Shown in pieces: positions 33,039-33,616 of a stretch of 33,616 bases of DNA. Each line of letters starts with the position of its first letter. Position 1 is the first letter of the stretch. Origin of the DNA: an uncultured Lentisphaera sp. (lineage in GTDB: Bacteria > Verrucomicrobiota > Lentisphaeria > Victivallales > GWF2-50-93); contig CAZGJP010000004.1 of the NCBI GenBank assembly GCA_964526605.1, forward strand, positions 2,103-35,718, read 5' to 3'. The notes beneath the pieces are model-generated. The model was given only the letters and a program-made list of their open reading frames with translations, made no database searches and had not been told where the DNA came from. The translations under genes and the position numbers were made by a program.

Positions 33039-33545
33039 ATGTTGCGCGAGTCTTTATACATACTGCTTCCCCCGATGCTCTGCATCGCGGCATACACGGA
33101 GGTGAAGAGCAGACGGATCCCAAACTGGCTCACGCTGGGGAGCATGGCCGCTGCGCTTCTTGTCTCCCTCTTCGTCGGGGGGGCGGGGATGTTCAGGAGC
33201 TCCCTCGTTGGCATGGTTGTCGGTGCGGGGGTCTTTTTGCCGTTCTGAAACGCTGTATTGCTCGGGGTAGGGGACTTCAAGCTCATGGGCGCGGTCGGCG
33301 CGGTCGTCGGATTCCCAGCCGTGCTCTGGACGCTATACTACACGGTCCTGGCAGGAGGGATCATCGCGCTTGGATACGCCATATGGGAGGGACGGCTGCT
33401 TTCCACATTGTCGGACATGTTCAGGATACTGACCGGGCGCAGGAGAAGAAATCCGGATGGATTGAGGAACGTTCCGACGGTTCCATACGGCATAGCGATA
33501 GCGGCCGGGACGCTTTGGTCGCTGGCGATGATGATGGCGAAGTGA
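33039..33545 (+). pseudogene. cpaA: Tad/Cpa prepilin peptidase (A24 family, CpaA/TadV-like) interrupted by a single in-frame TGA at 33246-33248
   Basis: Track ORFs 33039..33248 and 33258..33545 are in the same frame. The joined product (168 codons) has the RRIPNWL motif and GVGDFKLMGAVG (second catalytic Asp motif), split 6 codons before the latter: ..GVFLPF*NAVLLGVGDFKL.. Confidence 0.6.
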
Positions 33546-33556
33546 GGGAGGGATGA

Positions 33557-33584
33557 CCAATAGCCAATGACCAATGACCAATCA
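33557..33584. repeat. Heptanucleotide tandem repeat, 4 units (CCAATAG CCAATGA CCAATGA CCAATCA)
   Basis: Read directly. It lies 12 nt after the peptidase stop and overlaps candidate ATG starts (33567, 33574) of the next plus-strand ORF, which runs off the window. Confidence 0.7.
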
Positions 33585-33616
33585 CAGACGATGAATGGCG
33601 GAGGATCTGACGTAGC

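Noticed and set aside
33246-33248. The TGA in cpaA as evidence for an alternative genetic code (TGA = Trp/Gly) or for selenocysteine.
   Set aside because: Many conserved genes in the window terminate at TGA at their expected C-termini (ldh, the receiver, the Wza-like gene, M16, metH and others). No SECIS-like hairpin is obvious downstream, and A24 peptidases are not selenoproteins.
33567-33616. Start of the next plus-strand gene (MTNDQSQTMNGGGSDV.., possibly the next tad gene).
   Set aside because: Only about 16 codons are visible and there is no clear SD, so it is too short to call. It is mentioned only in the heptad-repeat finding.

Overview
Gene-dense bacterial chromosomal segment, moderately GC-rich (not computed), with frequent AGG/AGA and ATA codons and many 4-nt ATGA stop/start overlaps. 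All family calls come from reading motifs in the translations; no searches were run. A Minf_1886-type protein gives a tentative placement in the PVC superphylum (Lentisphaerota/Verrucomicrobiota-like).

Gene order:
- purB (partial, minus; missing from the ORF track because it runs off the window) and a VOC protein (plus).
- A minus-strand run: polytopic membrane protein, small membrane protein, ldh, cysS, FucI-like isomerase, wbqC-like, DegT-type aminotransferase.
- Divergent from that run, a plus-strand polysaccharide export operon: Wzc-like tyrosine autokinase | stand-alone receiver + minimal Hanks Ser/Thr kinase | Wza-like exporter | WecA-like initiating transferase | degenerate HD-GYP-like protein.
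- A translationally coupled plus-strand operon: Minf_1886-like, double M16 peptidase, short MetH, ftsW, murG.
- An orphan cytoplasmic GAF/PAS hybrid histidine kinase.
- A 54-codon zinc-ribbon ORF below the track cutoff.
- An IclR regulator divergent from an MFS transporter, with a 142-bp MITE-like insert between them.
- proS.
- The start of a Flp/Tad pilus locus: a small TM ORF, three flp-like genes, and a prepilin peptidase interrupted by an in-frame TGA.

No rRNA, tRNA or CRISPR was seen.

Most notable observations:
1. The receiver+kinase gene pair inside the export operon is bracketed by three copies of a 25-nt repeat (24/25 identity between the inverted outer copies).
2. A MITE-like element with an 8-bp direct duplication lies in the IclR/MFS control region.
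3. The Tad prepilin peptidase is broken and also carries a Glu at the position where I recall the first catalytic Asp of this family.
4. An unannotated CxxC...CxxC mini-protein has its own promoter and Shine-Dalgarno (SD) sequence.
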